The notes: generated by a model not told the origin, from the sequence alone. A stretch of DNA of 64,000 nt from Nemertoderma westbladi (GCA_032718475.1 JAUCBJ010000533.1:115057-179056), one strand, 5' to 3'. Numbered from the stretch's first letter, positions 23,259-36,992 are shown. Program-made: numbers and translations.

Positions 23259-26200
23259 TGTAAACGGATTCAATTCCACTTCATTACCCACCAGAAAATG
23301 GGACTAGCGGCATTTTAGCAATATGTTGGGGATACGAGATTACCAATATTAATCTCGTATCATAAACAACATTGGGGGGGGGGGGGGGGGGTGTGGGGCG
23401 ACACAAGCTCCAAAGCCACATAGGAAGGTTAGAGGTCAAACCACCTCGGAGGGAATACAGCTAGTAGAGGCTAGCAGGGGAGGGAAAACACTCCCTGAGA
23501 GTGCCAAGGTGACAAGTAGTATATTAGCCAATAGAGGGGAGGGAAGCACGTGATAGGGAACAGGAAAGCATCCATTGGGTAGAAGGCCAAAGTAGAGTAA
23601 GAGGTGAAGCAATATTCAATGTATTAACCATATATTATCTCAGATTGTTGGATTGGTGTATCAGTTGTGTTATTCAGTTTAGGGCAGACCAGTCATAGTT
23701 ATTGACCAACAACGCCATACTGGTAACTATTTATCTGTATTTCTGCATCTTATTCTATTGTGCTATCACTGCGAGTATTTACTAATATCGAAAGACAACA
23801 TCAAATTCTTATTGTTTTTCCCCTACGGCCTCGGCCAAAGCTGTCAGCACAATCCCCAAGCAGAACGGTGACGCGTACTATAACAACCCGGTCGGGATCC
23901 CTGATCCCGTCACAATCAATAACTCCACCAACTGTTAACATAAACTGTGACTGTGAGAAGGAAAGGAAAGATGAGCGACAGAGAGCCCCGATTATCTGAG
24001 TGAGAGAGGACGCCGCCGCGGACCCCGGACGATACCAACCAAATGATCCGTGAGGCCGCGACGAGACGGTATCGGACTGCCACACCGGATTCGCCAACGA
24101 GGGACGATCCGGCTGCCCAAGCGGAGGGCGGCTGCCAACCACGAGAGGGAGACGAGTCGATGCACGATGGCGGTCGGAGTACCGAAGTCGCCGGCCAGCC
24201 ACAGGAAAGGGGCGACAGACGGACCAACGGGAACGGCGACGGTGGAGCTGCCGGTACGACGCCGAACCAGGAGAGGAGGAGGTCGGGACAAGTGATCGGC
24301 TATGACGGGCCTACAACGCCACCAAGAAGTTACTGAAGGAGGCCAGAGAAGGGAGAAAGGTAGACCAGCCTAAACTACGTCAGAGACTAGATGAGTCGAA
24401 TAAACATTTTCGATATTTAGTCCGATTTGGACAGGGAGAACTGGCGAGTGAGAGAGCGAGGGGGGTCATCCGGAACTGTTTGAATTGTGGCAGTCCGGGG
24501 TAATGGAGCCTGAAGTAGAGTACGTAGGGCCTTACTTAGTGGATGCTAGGAGAATTAAGTTAGTGGGTTGGGTGGATCCGCACGAGGGCGAACCTGAGTT
24601 TAACCCCGAGGATTCGGTCTCGTCGGTTAGCGAGAACCCCCATAAAGCAGGGGAAAGTAAGCAGGACAGAGAGGCGATGGGAGTCCGTCGCGACCGATAA
24701 GTCTGCTACATCCTCCGCAAAAGCAAGAAGGGTGTTAGAAATAGATCTGGCGTGTCAACTAGATATGGTGGCGCTAGACCAGAAGGAGTTAGAGAGGCAG
24801 CTGGATGAGGGAACTGCGTTATTAGAGAAAGAGAGAGAGTTAGCGAGGGAATGTAGAGAGAGGGCCGAGAGGGCAGCGAGGAACTGTAGAGAGCAAGAAG
24901 AGAGAGAGACAAATGAGCGTAAAGAGCGAGAGGCGAGAGTAGAGAATGAGCGTAGAGAGCGGGAGGCAAGAGAGATAGAATTAGCGAACCAAAGTTTGCG
25001 AGAGGATAGAGAGAGAGAGAGCGGGAAAGCGTATGCGGGATGATATGCATGCCCGGTTAAGGGGGCTTATGCAATACCAGGCAAAGCAAAAGCGCCGATT
25101 AGAACTGGCCCAGTTGGGATTATCAGAGAGTGAGGCCGGTTCGGGTAGTATTTATGAGGAGCCCGAAGTAATGGAAACGTTTCTTAATACCCCACTTACA
25201 GGCACCGGATGACAGACCCAGGACTGGTGTAACCGTACGGGCGGGGGGGGGGGGGGGGGGTAATAATAATACGTTAGAAGGAATCAATATTAATAGTACC
25301 GTAGTAGACAACCCTAATCAAACCTTTATTGCAGGAAGTAATCTTTTATCCGGTAATAACAATTCTAATTTAAATACACAAAATAATAATAATTCTAATT
25401 TAAATATAGAAAATAATAATAATTTTAATTTAAATATACAAAATAATTCAAATAATAGTCCTGATTCCGAGCAAAATAATTTAAATAATTTGGATAACAA
25501 TAATATTGATAATGGTGCTATTAATACAAACGTAGGAGACATAGGTGGTCTGGGCAGCGAGAGCCTGTAAGACCACGTAGTTACGCAGGGAGTAGCGGGG
25601 GTGAGTCACCCCGACGGGAGCCTGCAAGGCCACGTAGTTAGGTAGGGAGTAGTGGGGGTGAGTCAACCCGACGGGAGCCTGCAAGGCCACGCAGTTGCAC
25701 AGAGAGAGGCGGGGGTGAGTAGACCCAGCCGCAGTAGAGACAATGCGTCGACTAGAGAGGGGCATAGAAGCAAAGTAGGATGTAGTGAAGTAAGAAGTGA
25801 CGAGTGGGGGGGGGGGGGGGGGCTACGGGCGCCCCACCATGGGAGATTAGTGGCGAGAGGGGCGGGGGGCAGAGAATGTCCCACAAGAGGGGCGTAGAAG
25901 CGAAGGAAGAGGTAGTGAAGTAAGAAGTGGTGAGTGGGGGGGGGGGGGGGGGGCTACGGGCACCCCACCACGAGAGATTAGTGGCGAGAGGGGGGGGGGG
26001 CGGAGAATGTCCCACGAGCGTCGGCGGATAATGCGCGGGGCGAGTTAGGTGAACTGCGGCACCCGACGACGGAGAATAGTAGGGGGGTTATTGCGAGTAT
26101 CCCCAGGAGCGTCCAACTGGGCAGAGAGAGAGATGTTGACGCCGAGAGCGGGCGAGCGAGAAGACATCAGTCGGAAGAGGGAAGAAGAACAGTGGAGTTT

Positions 26201-29200
26201 ATCCGGGAGGTCGAAGAGAGATCTCACGAGCGGGATCGCTACACTGAAGAGAGAAGAAGTGAAGAGATAGAAGAAGCGTTGCTACGAGCAACCGGAGAGC
26301 GAGGATGGACAGCGAACCGTCGGTAGCAGAGATGGAGTTAGAGAGCCAGTGGGGTCGAACTCTGGGAGATTGCCGTCACCCCGGAGAGACGCAGCCTGGC
26401 GAGATATACCATACACCGGGAGAAGGGTACAGGATGTACCGGTATGAGGACAGGAGAGGGGATCAAAGAGAAACTTCCCGACGGGATATAGCTGCCAATC
26501 GAGAGTACGGTGGTAGTGGGGAGGACTTCTTGGAATATTCGAGAAGATTAAACTTCGGTCCGGAAGGACACAGGCAGACTGCAGGACATACTGTAGGCCT
26601 TACTGCACATACTATAGGCCATGATGGAAGAGATAGTGTAAGCGATAGGGTAGCGTGGACGACGTGATTAGATCCGGAAGTCGCGGCGTACATACCGGTA
26701 GGTAGGCAAGAAGCAGATAGGCCTATACAGGTACCTGCACACCAGTATGACTATAATATGCAGGGATATAACATATACCCAGGGGAGGGGGGAGTTATTG
26801 CCGATAGATGTGTGGGCCCCAATATATTAACATCAACCCCAGTACCTAACACAACACCGGTGGGGGGGGGGGGGGGGGACAGGGTGACATTCCCCCATTA
26901 CAATATCAGCAATACACTCATCCGAGAATAATAACACCGAACCCCCTGGACCAGAACAGATCGTGCGATATGGAGATATGGAGGGGGCCGTTATCCCCAA
27001 TGATATATCCGACACAGAAGAAATCAACAGGCCTGACGGGCAAACCGCACCCAACAGGAGAGTCTGTACAGCATCTGTCGAACCCATTGGAAGCACAGGC
27101 GATGGGTATGGCAACACTCATTGATGCGTTAAGACCAGGATCGAGCTATCACCAGTTGAGCCACTTAAATTCGACGAAAGCAGACTGGAAGAATACCTGC
27201 AATTCCGACGCATGTACAGTAATGAAATATTAACTAAGAATCTGAAGCAGGCGGAGTGCTTAAAACATTTACAAGTTTACACGGGGGGCCCAGCATACGA
27301 TATCGTGAGGCAGTATCAAGGTATCGAGGGTGGCTTCACGACTGCATGGTGGGCCCTAGACAGGGAATACGGACACCCTGCCAAGATCATGCGGCAGACC
27401 TTGAGGGGAATAACATCGGGTGGCCTACAGGATAACCCTGTCAGTATAAAGAATTTCGCGAACAAGGTCGAGAAGGCGTTAATCGTGCTAAAGACCTTGG
27501 ATGCGCCATACGAGCTCAACGCATCGAATAACATCACCACGATAGCTCAGGCACTGCTAATCTGGCTAAGAAACAAATGGAGGAAGATCGCCTTCTCCAC
27601 CCGGGAGAAGAAAGGTGCGGAACCGGCCCTAGAGGAAACTCGAACTTCCTCAATTATGAAGCGGAGTTGATTACAGACCCAGTCTACAGTGAGGATAGTT
27701 TGGGGAAGGCGCCGAAAGCTGAATACAACAGGCCTAAACCCAAACATAATCCAGCAGATGCATTCCCGAGAGTGAGACAGTCGCTACCACATGCGGCAAC
27801 GCAGGGGACTACAAGTCCACAGTTAGCTGGGAGTAGGGCCACACCGTGGCAGGGACAGAAACAAAATAACAACACGAACAAATATAATCCCAACACACCC
27901 AGTAGGCCGAGTCCAAATAACCAAAACACTAAACCAGTAGATATGAATCTACGCGCAATACGTGAAGGGCTATACAGGGAGCGCTACGATCCAGGATATG
28001 AATGTCAATTGCATAGGGATGGGACCTATAAGACCATGAGTCATAAGCATTGGCAAGCATTGCCTAAACAGGATCGTGTAGCCTACGCGGATACAAACAG
28101 ACTATGTCATCGATGCGTGGTAGAAGGACACAGATTCGGAGAGTGTAGAGAAACACCGACAGAATATGACGAGACTGGAGGCCAAACAATGGCTACGAGC
28201 ACGACAGGAGCAAGAAGAAAGAGGAAAGTACTACTCGGGGTAGTACCAGTGAGGATATCAGGAAAGGGCGGCCGATCAGTCACAACATTGATGCTGGTCG
28301 ACAGCTGAGCAGCCTTCACGCTGGTGGAGAATTGGGTGGCCGATGAGATATGGTTAGAGACGAGGCCGAGTAGGATGGCAGTAACTACTATCTCGAGCAA
28401 GGATGAGGTCCTGGAGATGAGGACGGGATGGTGCAAGATATCAGCAATAGCACCAGTATGTGATTATGGGGCGACCATCGACCCCATACAGATAATAGAA
28501 TCGATTAATATAAGCGCCAGGCGACCCACCAGGATCGAGGTCGAGCAATACCGGTTCCTGGACAATATTGATTTCTCAATACTGGAGGGGACGTCTCAAA
28601 GGTATCCATCATAGTCGGAATGGATTGTCCAACGGCCCACGAGTGAGTATGGACCATATTCGGAGAGAATAAGCAGCGGGATCCGACAGCGATTCTCACG
28701 CCGTTCGGATGGAAGAGGAGAGTTAAGTTAGAGATTAGGGAGTGTGGTATATAGACATACCACGAGAGTAGTAGTAGGGTACATAGTACCGAGAGAGTTA
28801 GTGGTTGTGGGCACCGAAAGCGCCACATAGAAAGAGGGTAGAGGGTATTGTATGTAGGTATACCATAGAAGTAGTGGCAGAGGGGTTGTGGGCACCGAAA
28901 GCGCCACGTAGAAAGAGAGTAGAGGGTATGGTATGTAGGTATACCATAGAGGTAGTAGCAGAGGGGTTGTGGGCACCGAAAGTGCCACGTATTGAGAGAG
29001 TGAAGGGTGTGGTATGTAGGTATTAGGTAGTAGCATTATGTAGGTAGTAGCAGTATTAGGGTACATAGTACCAAGTTAGAGGCTGTGGGCACCGAGAGCG
29101 CCATGTAGTAAGAGAGTAGGGGGTATGGTATGTAGGTATACCATAGAGGTAGTAGCAGAGGGGTTGTGGGCACCGAAAGCGCCACGTAGTAAGAGAGTAG

Positions 29201-30638
29201 GGGGTATGGTATGTAGGTATACCATAGAAGTAGTAGCAGAGGGATTGTGGGCACCGAAAGCGCCACATAGTAAGAGAGTGAAGGGTGTGGTATGTAGGTA
29301 GTAGCATTATTAGGGTACATAGTACCATAGAAGTTAGAAGTTGTGGGCACCAAGAGCGCCACGTAGTAAGAAAGTAAAGAGTATATATGCATAGCATAGT
29401 AGTGGTAGGGTACATAGTAAGAAGGAAGTAGAGAAGTAGATAGGATAATAGCACAGACAGGGGGAACATAAGAAAAATAAAATAAGACTAAAGGAAAATT
29501 GGCACTTTGGGAGTGGTAGAGAACACAGGACATTGTGGAGCAGTGGGGAGGGGCCAGCTCATGGGCCTTGTCTGCCTCAAGCCGATGGACTGGGGCAAGT
29601 TCCGGGGGGATTACGGAGCGGGCACAGGACATTGTGGAGCAGTGGCGATGGGCCAGCTTATGAGGCTTGTCTGCCACAAGCCAATGGACTGGGGTAAGTT
29701 CCGAGAGGAGTATGAGAGGAGTACAAGGGAAGCATGGAGAGGAGGTGTTGAAACATGAGCGAGAGAGAGGAGTGCAATTCAAGTGTGGGGAGCGAGCAGT
29801 AAGAGAGAGAGTAAGGGACAATGAGGTCCGTGAGAGAGAGAGAGAGTAAGGGACAGAGGGGTCAAATTAGAGTGAGGTTTTTTGAAAATTGTGAGAAAAG
29901 AGTCCACAATTGTCTCAAACGGAGACGTCAGATACCTTGGTGCAACATAGCTCGTGATTGCACCAAGGAGGGGTAGCAACAACATACCGAGGGGGGCGGC
30001 CTGGAAAGCCGACCCCGAGTAAAGAACTCCACCCCACACCCGATATTAGATTGGGTTCCAGCGGAATTGAAGCGTACTCGAGGTTGATGCTATCTTCTCA
30101 TCGGGAAGATAGCATGGGGGGTGTGTAAGCGGATTCAATTCCACTTCATTACCCACCAGAAAATTGGACTAGCGGAAATAGGAAGGTTAGAGGTCAAACC
30201 ACCTCGGAGGGAATACAGCTAGTAGAGGCTAGCAGGGGAGGGAAAACACTCCCAGAGAGTGCCAAGTTGACAAGTAGTATATTAGCCAATAGAGGGGAGG
30301 GAAGCATGTGATAGGGAACAGCAAAGCATTCATTGGGTAGAAGGCCAAAGTAGAGTAAGAGGTGAAGCAATATTCAATGTATTAACCATATATTATCTCA
30401 GATTGTTGGATTGGTGTATCAGTTGTGTTATTCAGTTTAGAGCAGACCGGTCATAGTTATTGACCGACACCGCCATACCGGTAACTATTTATCTGTATTT
30501 CTGCATCTTATTATATTGTGCTATCACTGCGAGTGTTTACTAATATCGAAAGACAACATCAAACTCTTATTGTTTTTCCCCTACGGCCTCGGCCAAAGCT
30601 GTTAGCACAACCCTGTCGGGATCCCTGATCCCGTCACA
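23259..30638 (+). mobile_element. Non-autonomous BEL/Pao LTR retrotransposon with both LTRs and 5-bp TSD
   Basis: 5' LTR 23259-23914 and 3' LTR 30124-30638 (TGTAA...TCACA); TSD ATGGG on both sides; G-rich tract before the 3' LTR; degenerate gag (LQVYTGGPA...AWWALDREYG; LCHRCVVEGHRFGEC), protease LVDS*A, AILTPFGW; no RT or integrase seen. Confidence 0.93.
28790..29400. repeat. ~81-bp tandem repeats inside the BEL element
   Basis: Seven copies of core TGTGGGCACCGAAAGCGCCAC with purine-rich linkers. Confidence 0.9.
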
Positions 30639-30643
30639 ATGGG

Positions 30644-31281
30644 CAATGTTCATCAATCCAGTCAATGGTTAACATTTAACAACCGATTAACTATGAACCT
30701 GTCCAAAACAGAATGTTTCCTTGTATGTACGGTAAGGTACCCTACCCAGGACCCAGCCAGGAGATGCTGAAGAAGACGCTTACCCTAAATGGTCAATACC
30801 ATGGACTAGACATAAAGAACAAACTGTGCCAGTCTGTCAGTGTGTAGGCCTACAAAGTTATTTACAAAGTAGACAACATTGGTTAATGTTGAGGAACATT
30901 TGGTGTTGAGGAACATCTATCTTGGACGAGATACTGCTTTAATTATAATAAGGAAAGGAAATGCACGTCTCCAACTATTGTACCGGAATGGGGCTGATCT
31001 AAACACTGGGTTTAGAGTTAGACACATGCTTTGCCTTTCTCTCATACAGCCACACTTGGATTATGCAGCGCCGTGCTGGTCTGGTACTACCGTACTACTC
31101 AATTACCAAACTTCTGCGGAACCGTTTTGAAGCACTAGAACGCAAAGCCATTCGGTTCTGCTTACACCTTGGACCGCGCACCCATGTGGTGACTCACGGA
31201 CAATTTGTCGAAATAAACAGGCTACCCATAGCAGAACGCGTTCGTACAGATAGTCGTAAAACTCATAACTCAAATCTTTAA
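30644..31281 (+). mobile_element. Degenerate CR1/L2-group LINE RT C-terminal remnant
   Basis: NRLTMNLSKTEC, KGNARLQLLYRN, LCLSLIQPHLDYAAPCW, KAIRF; parallels the RT at 39606-40673. Confidence 0.8.
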
Positions 31282-31313
31282 AATAAAACGAGGACTGGCG
31301 CTTTTTTTAAGGT

Positions 31314-31606
31314 TCCACCTTGGTGTAGTGGTTGCATTGAATTCACATCTCCTGTAGGTCGTGGATTCGATCCTCACATGGGCCAGGGCAGTTGTCGTTT
31401 CGGCACGAATGCTCTAAAGGGACCAGCCAGGCCGCATCTCTGCCTTGCATCATTAAGTGGTAGCTAAATGAGTACTAGAGATTCCTCTGGGGAGTAAAGT
31501 TCTGGGGGGACCGCACTGGAAATAAGTCGTCAGACTTTGTGCGTAATCCCTGACCTAGCGGCCGAAGAAAATTTACTTTTACCTTTACTTTACTTTTACT
31601 TTTATA
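31314..31606 (+). mobile_element. tRNA-derived SINE with LINE-type 3' tail
   Basis: A box TGGTGTAGTGG, B box GGATTCGATCC, central taaatgagtac...ctggggagtaaag segment, 3' stem-loop shared with the LINE at 39373-39414, (TTTAC)n tail. Confidence 0.85.
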
Positions 31607-31787
31607 CTTCAGCGACATTATTTCATTCAGCGACTCGCAACACGACCTACGATCCAATAATCAGCGTGCCAACATCCCTCACAAACGCACAGCTATCGGT
31701 CGCAAGTTGTTCACATATCTGGGACCGAAGTATGCCTACTACAGTACTGTACTAAAAGTTGAGAATTTTGCTTTACTTGAGCATTGT

Positions 31788-32432
31788 GGCATTACTATAT
31801 GGTATGTATAAGCAAAATTTGAAAATTTTAATATGACATTTTCTGTACTTATCTTTTGTTGTTCTAGAAGAAAAATATTTGTTTTAGAACATTTTTTTTT
31901 TACAAAACTATAGCTAATATGAAATATGACACAACATTAAAAAAAAGTATAGCAAAAACTAGCAACTACAAAAAAAATTCCGGTCATGGGTACACATACT
32001 ATAGTATGTAGTAGTGCCATTCATTTTTATACACGTTGTAAAACGATTCCATGCGTTTTAAATAGAATCCAAATTTTTTCTAAAAAATGTTCTAGAACAA
32101 AAAATATTTGTTCCAGAACATAATATTTTTAAAAAAGAATAGTTGACATGTTCTGCAACATTTTCTATACAAATAGAAATAAGAACTAGCTACTATAAAA
32201 TATTTATAGAGGGAAGTAGGATGTCGGAACCAGTGATGAAATTACTATCTAAACCTACCTAAAACACTAGCTACACCATAAAATTTAGAACAATAATTTT
32301 TCTTGTCCGTTGAAATCACTCATTCTGTCTTCTGATTTTGACTTTTTATGATATAGTTACATGCACGGAAACAATTATTAAAATCAATCGAAAAAATTGT
32401 AAATTTTTGCTTATACATACCATAGTAATGCC
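31788..32432. mobile_element. MITE with ~30-bp TIRs and apparent 6-bp TSD
   Basis: GGCATTACTA(TA)TGGTATGTATAAGCAAAA / TTTTGCTTATACATACCATAGTAATGCC; CATTGT directly flanks both ends. Confidence 0.8.
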
Positions 32433-33820
32433 CATTGTAGAGTTATAGAACAAAATATAAATATTATACACTATTCTAGAACTTAAATAAAATTAAAAAT
32501 ATAACGTTCTAGTACATATAGCTAGTTATTTTTCAATTTTTAATTAGCTTGTAATTTAAAAAAATATAAAAATTGTTTTAGTAATGTTTGGTGCTTTGGT
32601 AATTTTCAATATTAATTTAAATGTAGGCCTATTCAGAAATTTATTTAAAAATAAATTTTTTGATTTACTAGGTATTTTAATAAAAAAAAACTAGCTACCG
32701 GTATATGTTAGAAATATAACAATTTTCAATATTCATTTAAATGTATTCAGAAATTCATTTAAATACTTTTTTTTAATTTACCAACTATTTTAAAATTAAA
32801 AATAAACTAGCTATATGTTCTAGAACGTAATATTATTTTATTTTATTTATGGTTTATAATAGTATATAATTATTTGCATTTGTTCTACAACTCTTCAACG
32901 TTGCCAATGATATAAGTTTTAAAAATGTAGTGCTATACAGACCTCTAGTCAAAACGGTATTCCTTCTAGAATAATATTTTTTAAAAGGAACTACTGTATA
33001 ATAAATTGAAATTATATTTAAAAATTAACAAGTGCTACGATAACAATTTTTTTACGGGAAAGTAGGAGAACGGAACCAGTGTCGAAAATCATAGCTATGC
33101 TTACCTAAAACATAGCTACCATAAAATTTAGTTGCTTGAATATCAAAGGGACATTTGATCATTGAAGGAATTGCAACAAATTTGAATTTCTAGAACTCTG
33201 CTCCCTCATATTATCAGGTCTCAATCTTTAAAATCAGTTCCAGATTTAACCTCTTCCACGTATGCAAGCGCCTCTGTACATTACTGTCGATGTCTTAAGT
33301 TATAATCAAAGTGGTTGTGAATTGTAACCATGGTAGCTAGAGGATGGAACCTATTAATATGCGAATATTTTATATTTTATTATTATATTCTAATTGATTG
33401 GATGTAACTAAGCTACCAAAAGCGGGATAGGATTAATAACTGGTTATTTTCCCTAGGGCGAATTCGGATATTTTTTTACATAGCCCACCATTGTATTGTT
33501 ATTTTAAACAGTTTTTAATGGGGAAAAACTACAATAATGTAGTTTATCCAATAGGCCTAGGCCTAATGCATTATATTTATTGGCTCTATCACTTTTGCGT
33601 ACCAATGTAAGTTTGTACCATCTGACCATACTGCCCATATACATGATATACATGATCTGATATGATTGCTACAGACTTCTTACTACAATGACAATCATTA
33701 CCTTTCAGCCTTTAGCTTATAGTACTGTAGTAGGCCTATACTGCTATAGCAGTATAGGCTACTGTCTGACTGTAATTGGTAATTATAATATTATAGACTG
33801 TGTGTGTGTGTGTACAGGTG

Positions 33821-33948
33821 GGGTGCTGGTCACCTCGCCGCACTGCCACTTCGCCGCAAGTCATCTCGCCGCATATAATGTGCGGCGAGGTGTCTTGCGG
33901 CGAGGTGACCTGCGGCGAAGTGGCAGTGCGGCGAGGTGACCAGCAGCC
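33821..33948. mobile_element. Small palindromic (foldback) MITE
   Basis: Left arm tgctggtcacctcgccgcactgccacttcgccgca is the exact reverse complement of the right arm; built from tcgccgca sub-repeats. Confidence 0.8.
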
Positions 33949-34233
33949 AAAAAAATGTCCATCGGTACACCATTGTGAAAATACCTACGGTATTTATTTA
34001 TGTATTCATGTAAGTCCTGAAGTCTGTCTGTCTGTTACATTTGTCGATCGACCAACATCTTTGTATTGTATTTTTAAATATTGGTAGTTTGATAGTGTAC
34101 GGGTTTGACTAAATACGCCACCGACAACCACCGACACCTTTCGCATACCACCGACAACAAAAGACACAAACCGACAGGTAAAATCACAAACCGACAGTAT
34201 ACTGACAACTTCGCAGCTTCGGCAATGTTAGTA

Positions 34234-35017
34234 AACTATTTCAGTGCATGATTATACAATTTTTATTTCCAGTCCAAATATTTATAACAAATTATACCCA
34301 GTAAAAAATCCCCATGCGTAACGCATTAGTGCCACATCAGCACATGCAACATTCGTAAAAGGCTGAAAGGTGCGTGGAATGTTATTTAAGATTCGTGAAG
34401 CCTTCGTCAGTGGTTCGTCAGTCCGAATAATTTAGGTAACGAATGCGTATAGTATTCGTATCGCATGTGAGATTTCACTTGTCAATATATTCGTGGCTCA
34501 TCATTCGTGCCACATGTGATACGAATGCTTCCACTCCACGCAAAAAATAATTCGTGGTTCATTCGTTCGTGGCACATCATGCATAGCCGCGCCACGCTTA
34601 AAATTATTCGTGGTCCATTCGTGACGTGACGCATTCGATACGCGTGCAAAGCATTCTCAATTAGAGTACCGGTACATACTGTAATTTGGCCAATCACAAT
34701 TCGGCAAATAATCGAACATGGTGTTATTTAGTTTTTAGTTAATACTTAGTATCGTTCAAAGGCGCTTTGAAAGCTTATGTAAACCTGTTCCCTTTACCAA
34801 CATGCTTTATATAATATCTAGAGGTAATGTACTGTAGGCTAGGTGAGATAAATAAAATGACAACATAAAACTACTGCAGTAACTTAGGGAACTACAGTAT
34901 GTATGTAGGCAGGCACCGACCCCCCCACCCTTAGTTATACATATTTGTAGTATTAGTAGTCATATTTGGACTGGAAATAAAAATTGTATAATCATGTACT
35001 GAACTGCTGAAATAGTG
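34234..35017. mobile_element. Non-autonomous TIR element, possibly CACTA/EnSpm-like
   Basis: ~45-bp inverted repeats (catgattatacaatttttatttccagtccaaatat / atatttggactggaaataaaaattgtataatcatg); the right end reads CACTATTTCAG on the minus strand. Confidence 0.6.
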
Positions 35018-35518
35018 TACCGGTACGTTTTAGATAGTTACAGTAGAAATATATTGTTCCATTTGTATCATATAGGCAGGCCTAATGTTTTATTTTATTT
35101 TATTGCAATAAACAGATAAACAATCTGACAATCATACTGTCATGGCATCGGTACGACGGTACGGTACCGGTACGGTAACGAACGGTACAATCTGACAGTA
35201 CACTGGTTAGCTGGTACAGGTACTACTGTACTAAGAAATAAAAATATAATAATGCTGTATTAGTATTGTAGTCATAGTTCATAGTCTGATAGTCGGAGAT
35301 AATGATGTAGGCCTATTGTATACGTACTCAGGTACATAGGCCTACTTTTCCTTATTTAGCATATTACAGTATTAATGAAAATCGTCTTGCTTAATAATGT
35401 CAATGTTTATACCTCTCTCATCTCTGCCAGTCTGCTCTACATCTGCTTGCATTTAGATTAATATAGAATACACAATATATTATATTAATTGATTGCCCTA
35501 CTCCAACCACGTTCTGAT

Positions 35519-36967
35519 ATGTCTCGTCTCGCCGACTACTTTGTCGTAGTCGGCTACGACCCCGACGTGGAACGTGGCGGCCTTCAAGGCGACGGGAAAA
35601 TCCTACAGCGATTCCCGGAGGAGGATTGGCCGGACTGCGTGTTCCACCCGGGGATCGAGCACTTCTGCCAACCCCAGGGGTGGAAGTTGAGTCGCGAGAG
35701 ACGCGATCCAACCTTCTTCGTCTCGGTTCTCACTGACATCTCGGCGGAGCGACACTTCTGCGCCTGTCTCACCTTCCACGAGAAAGTGGCCACGCAAGTC
35801 GATGACAGACCTCACGAAGCAGACGAAGAGGCTGAAGATTGCGGGGAAGAAACCTCCTTCATTCCCGCCAAACAGATGTTTATGTTCGCGCCCAAATCAA
35901 TCGTCCTCATATCTCGACTTAACTACTTCGACACCTTCCGAAACTGCCTCGGACTCATCTTCACTTCCTTCGTAGAAGACAACAAATCGTCTTCGTCACC
36001 AGAGGAGATAATTGGCAACATCCTCGGAAACATCCAGATCCCCCCTCCGGGTGGGGCTCAGGTCTCGTTCCGCTTGGGCAACACCGACAGCCAGGTGATC
36101 CAACCCCCGTGCAGCGACACGCTACCCACCTCGGGACACACCGTCGCCCTCCTCTTCCGCCAACTCGGTGTCTCCAACTGCATCTTCCTATTCGCCGCCG
36201 CGCTCACCGACCATAAAATCCTCTTCCAATCGACCAGCTACAACCGTTTAACCGAAGCCGGTCAGTCGCTGATCGCTCTCCTCTACCCCTTCAAGTACAG
36301 CTACGTCTACATCCCAGTCCTTCCAGTCTCCCTCCTCGATGTTCTCTCGACCCCGACTCCCTTCATCATGGGTATGCACGCGTCCGTCAACCACGATCGC
36401 TCCGACCTTCTCGACGTGATCGTGGTGGACCTGGACGGGGGCACCGTCGTGGTCCCCGAGTCTAGCAACCTCTGCCTCATCCCGGACCCCATGAGTTCCA
36501 GACTTTCCGACTCGCTTATCTCCGTTTTACATCCCGATCTTCTGTACGCCGACCACCAATTCCCTCCGGCACACAACAGCTTCAAGAAGACCACCACCGC
36601 GCTCCTCGATAAAGAGATTCGCGCGATCTTCCTCAGACTCTTCGCGGAGCTCCTCTACGGCTACCGTAACTGCCTCACAATCATACGGATTCACCCGAAA
36701 CCCGTAATCACCTTCAACAAACAGATGTTCATGTCCCTCCGCGGACTCACCGACGACGACTTCCTCACTCGGCTCCTCGACTCGATGGGGTTTCACGAGT
36801 TCATACAGGAGCGGGGCGCTCCCTACCGGCCCTGCGACGTGTTCGACGACCTCACCGCCCACATACAGACGCTGTTGGAGGGCGAGAGGGACGACCATCA
36901 CAGGTCCTTGAGGAATATACACGACCTGGGGAAGCAACTCTATCAGAATGAGAACCCATCCAATCAG
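35519..36967 (+). CDS. SBF: SET-binding factor / myotubularin-related 5/13, exon 1 (uDENN-DENN-dDENN)
   Basis: Starts MSRLADYFVVVG; ILQRFP, FCQPQGW, YVYIPVLP, TPTPFIMG, DKEIRAIFLRLFAELL; 483 codons ending at CAG|gtgagt (phase 0). Confidence 0.95.
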
Positions 36968-36992
36968 GTGAGTCGAACTGTCTATGTCTAAC

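Noticed and set aside
28505-29849. Tyr/Pro/Leu-rich minus-strand ORFs
   Set aside because: Translations of the 81-bp tandem repeat with no domain signal.
31314-31390. Functional tRNA gene
   Set aside because: A and B boxes are present but there is no intact cloverleaf, and it continues into a SINE body and tail.
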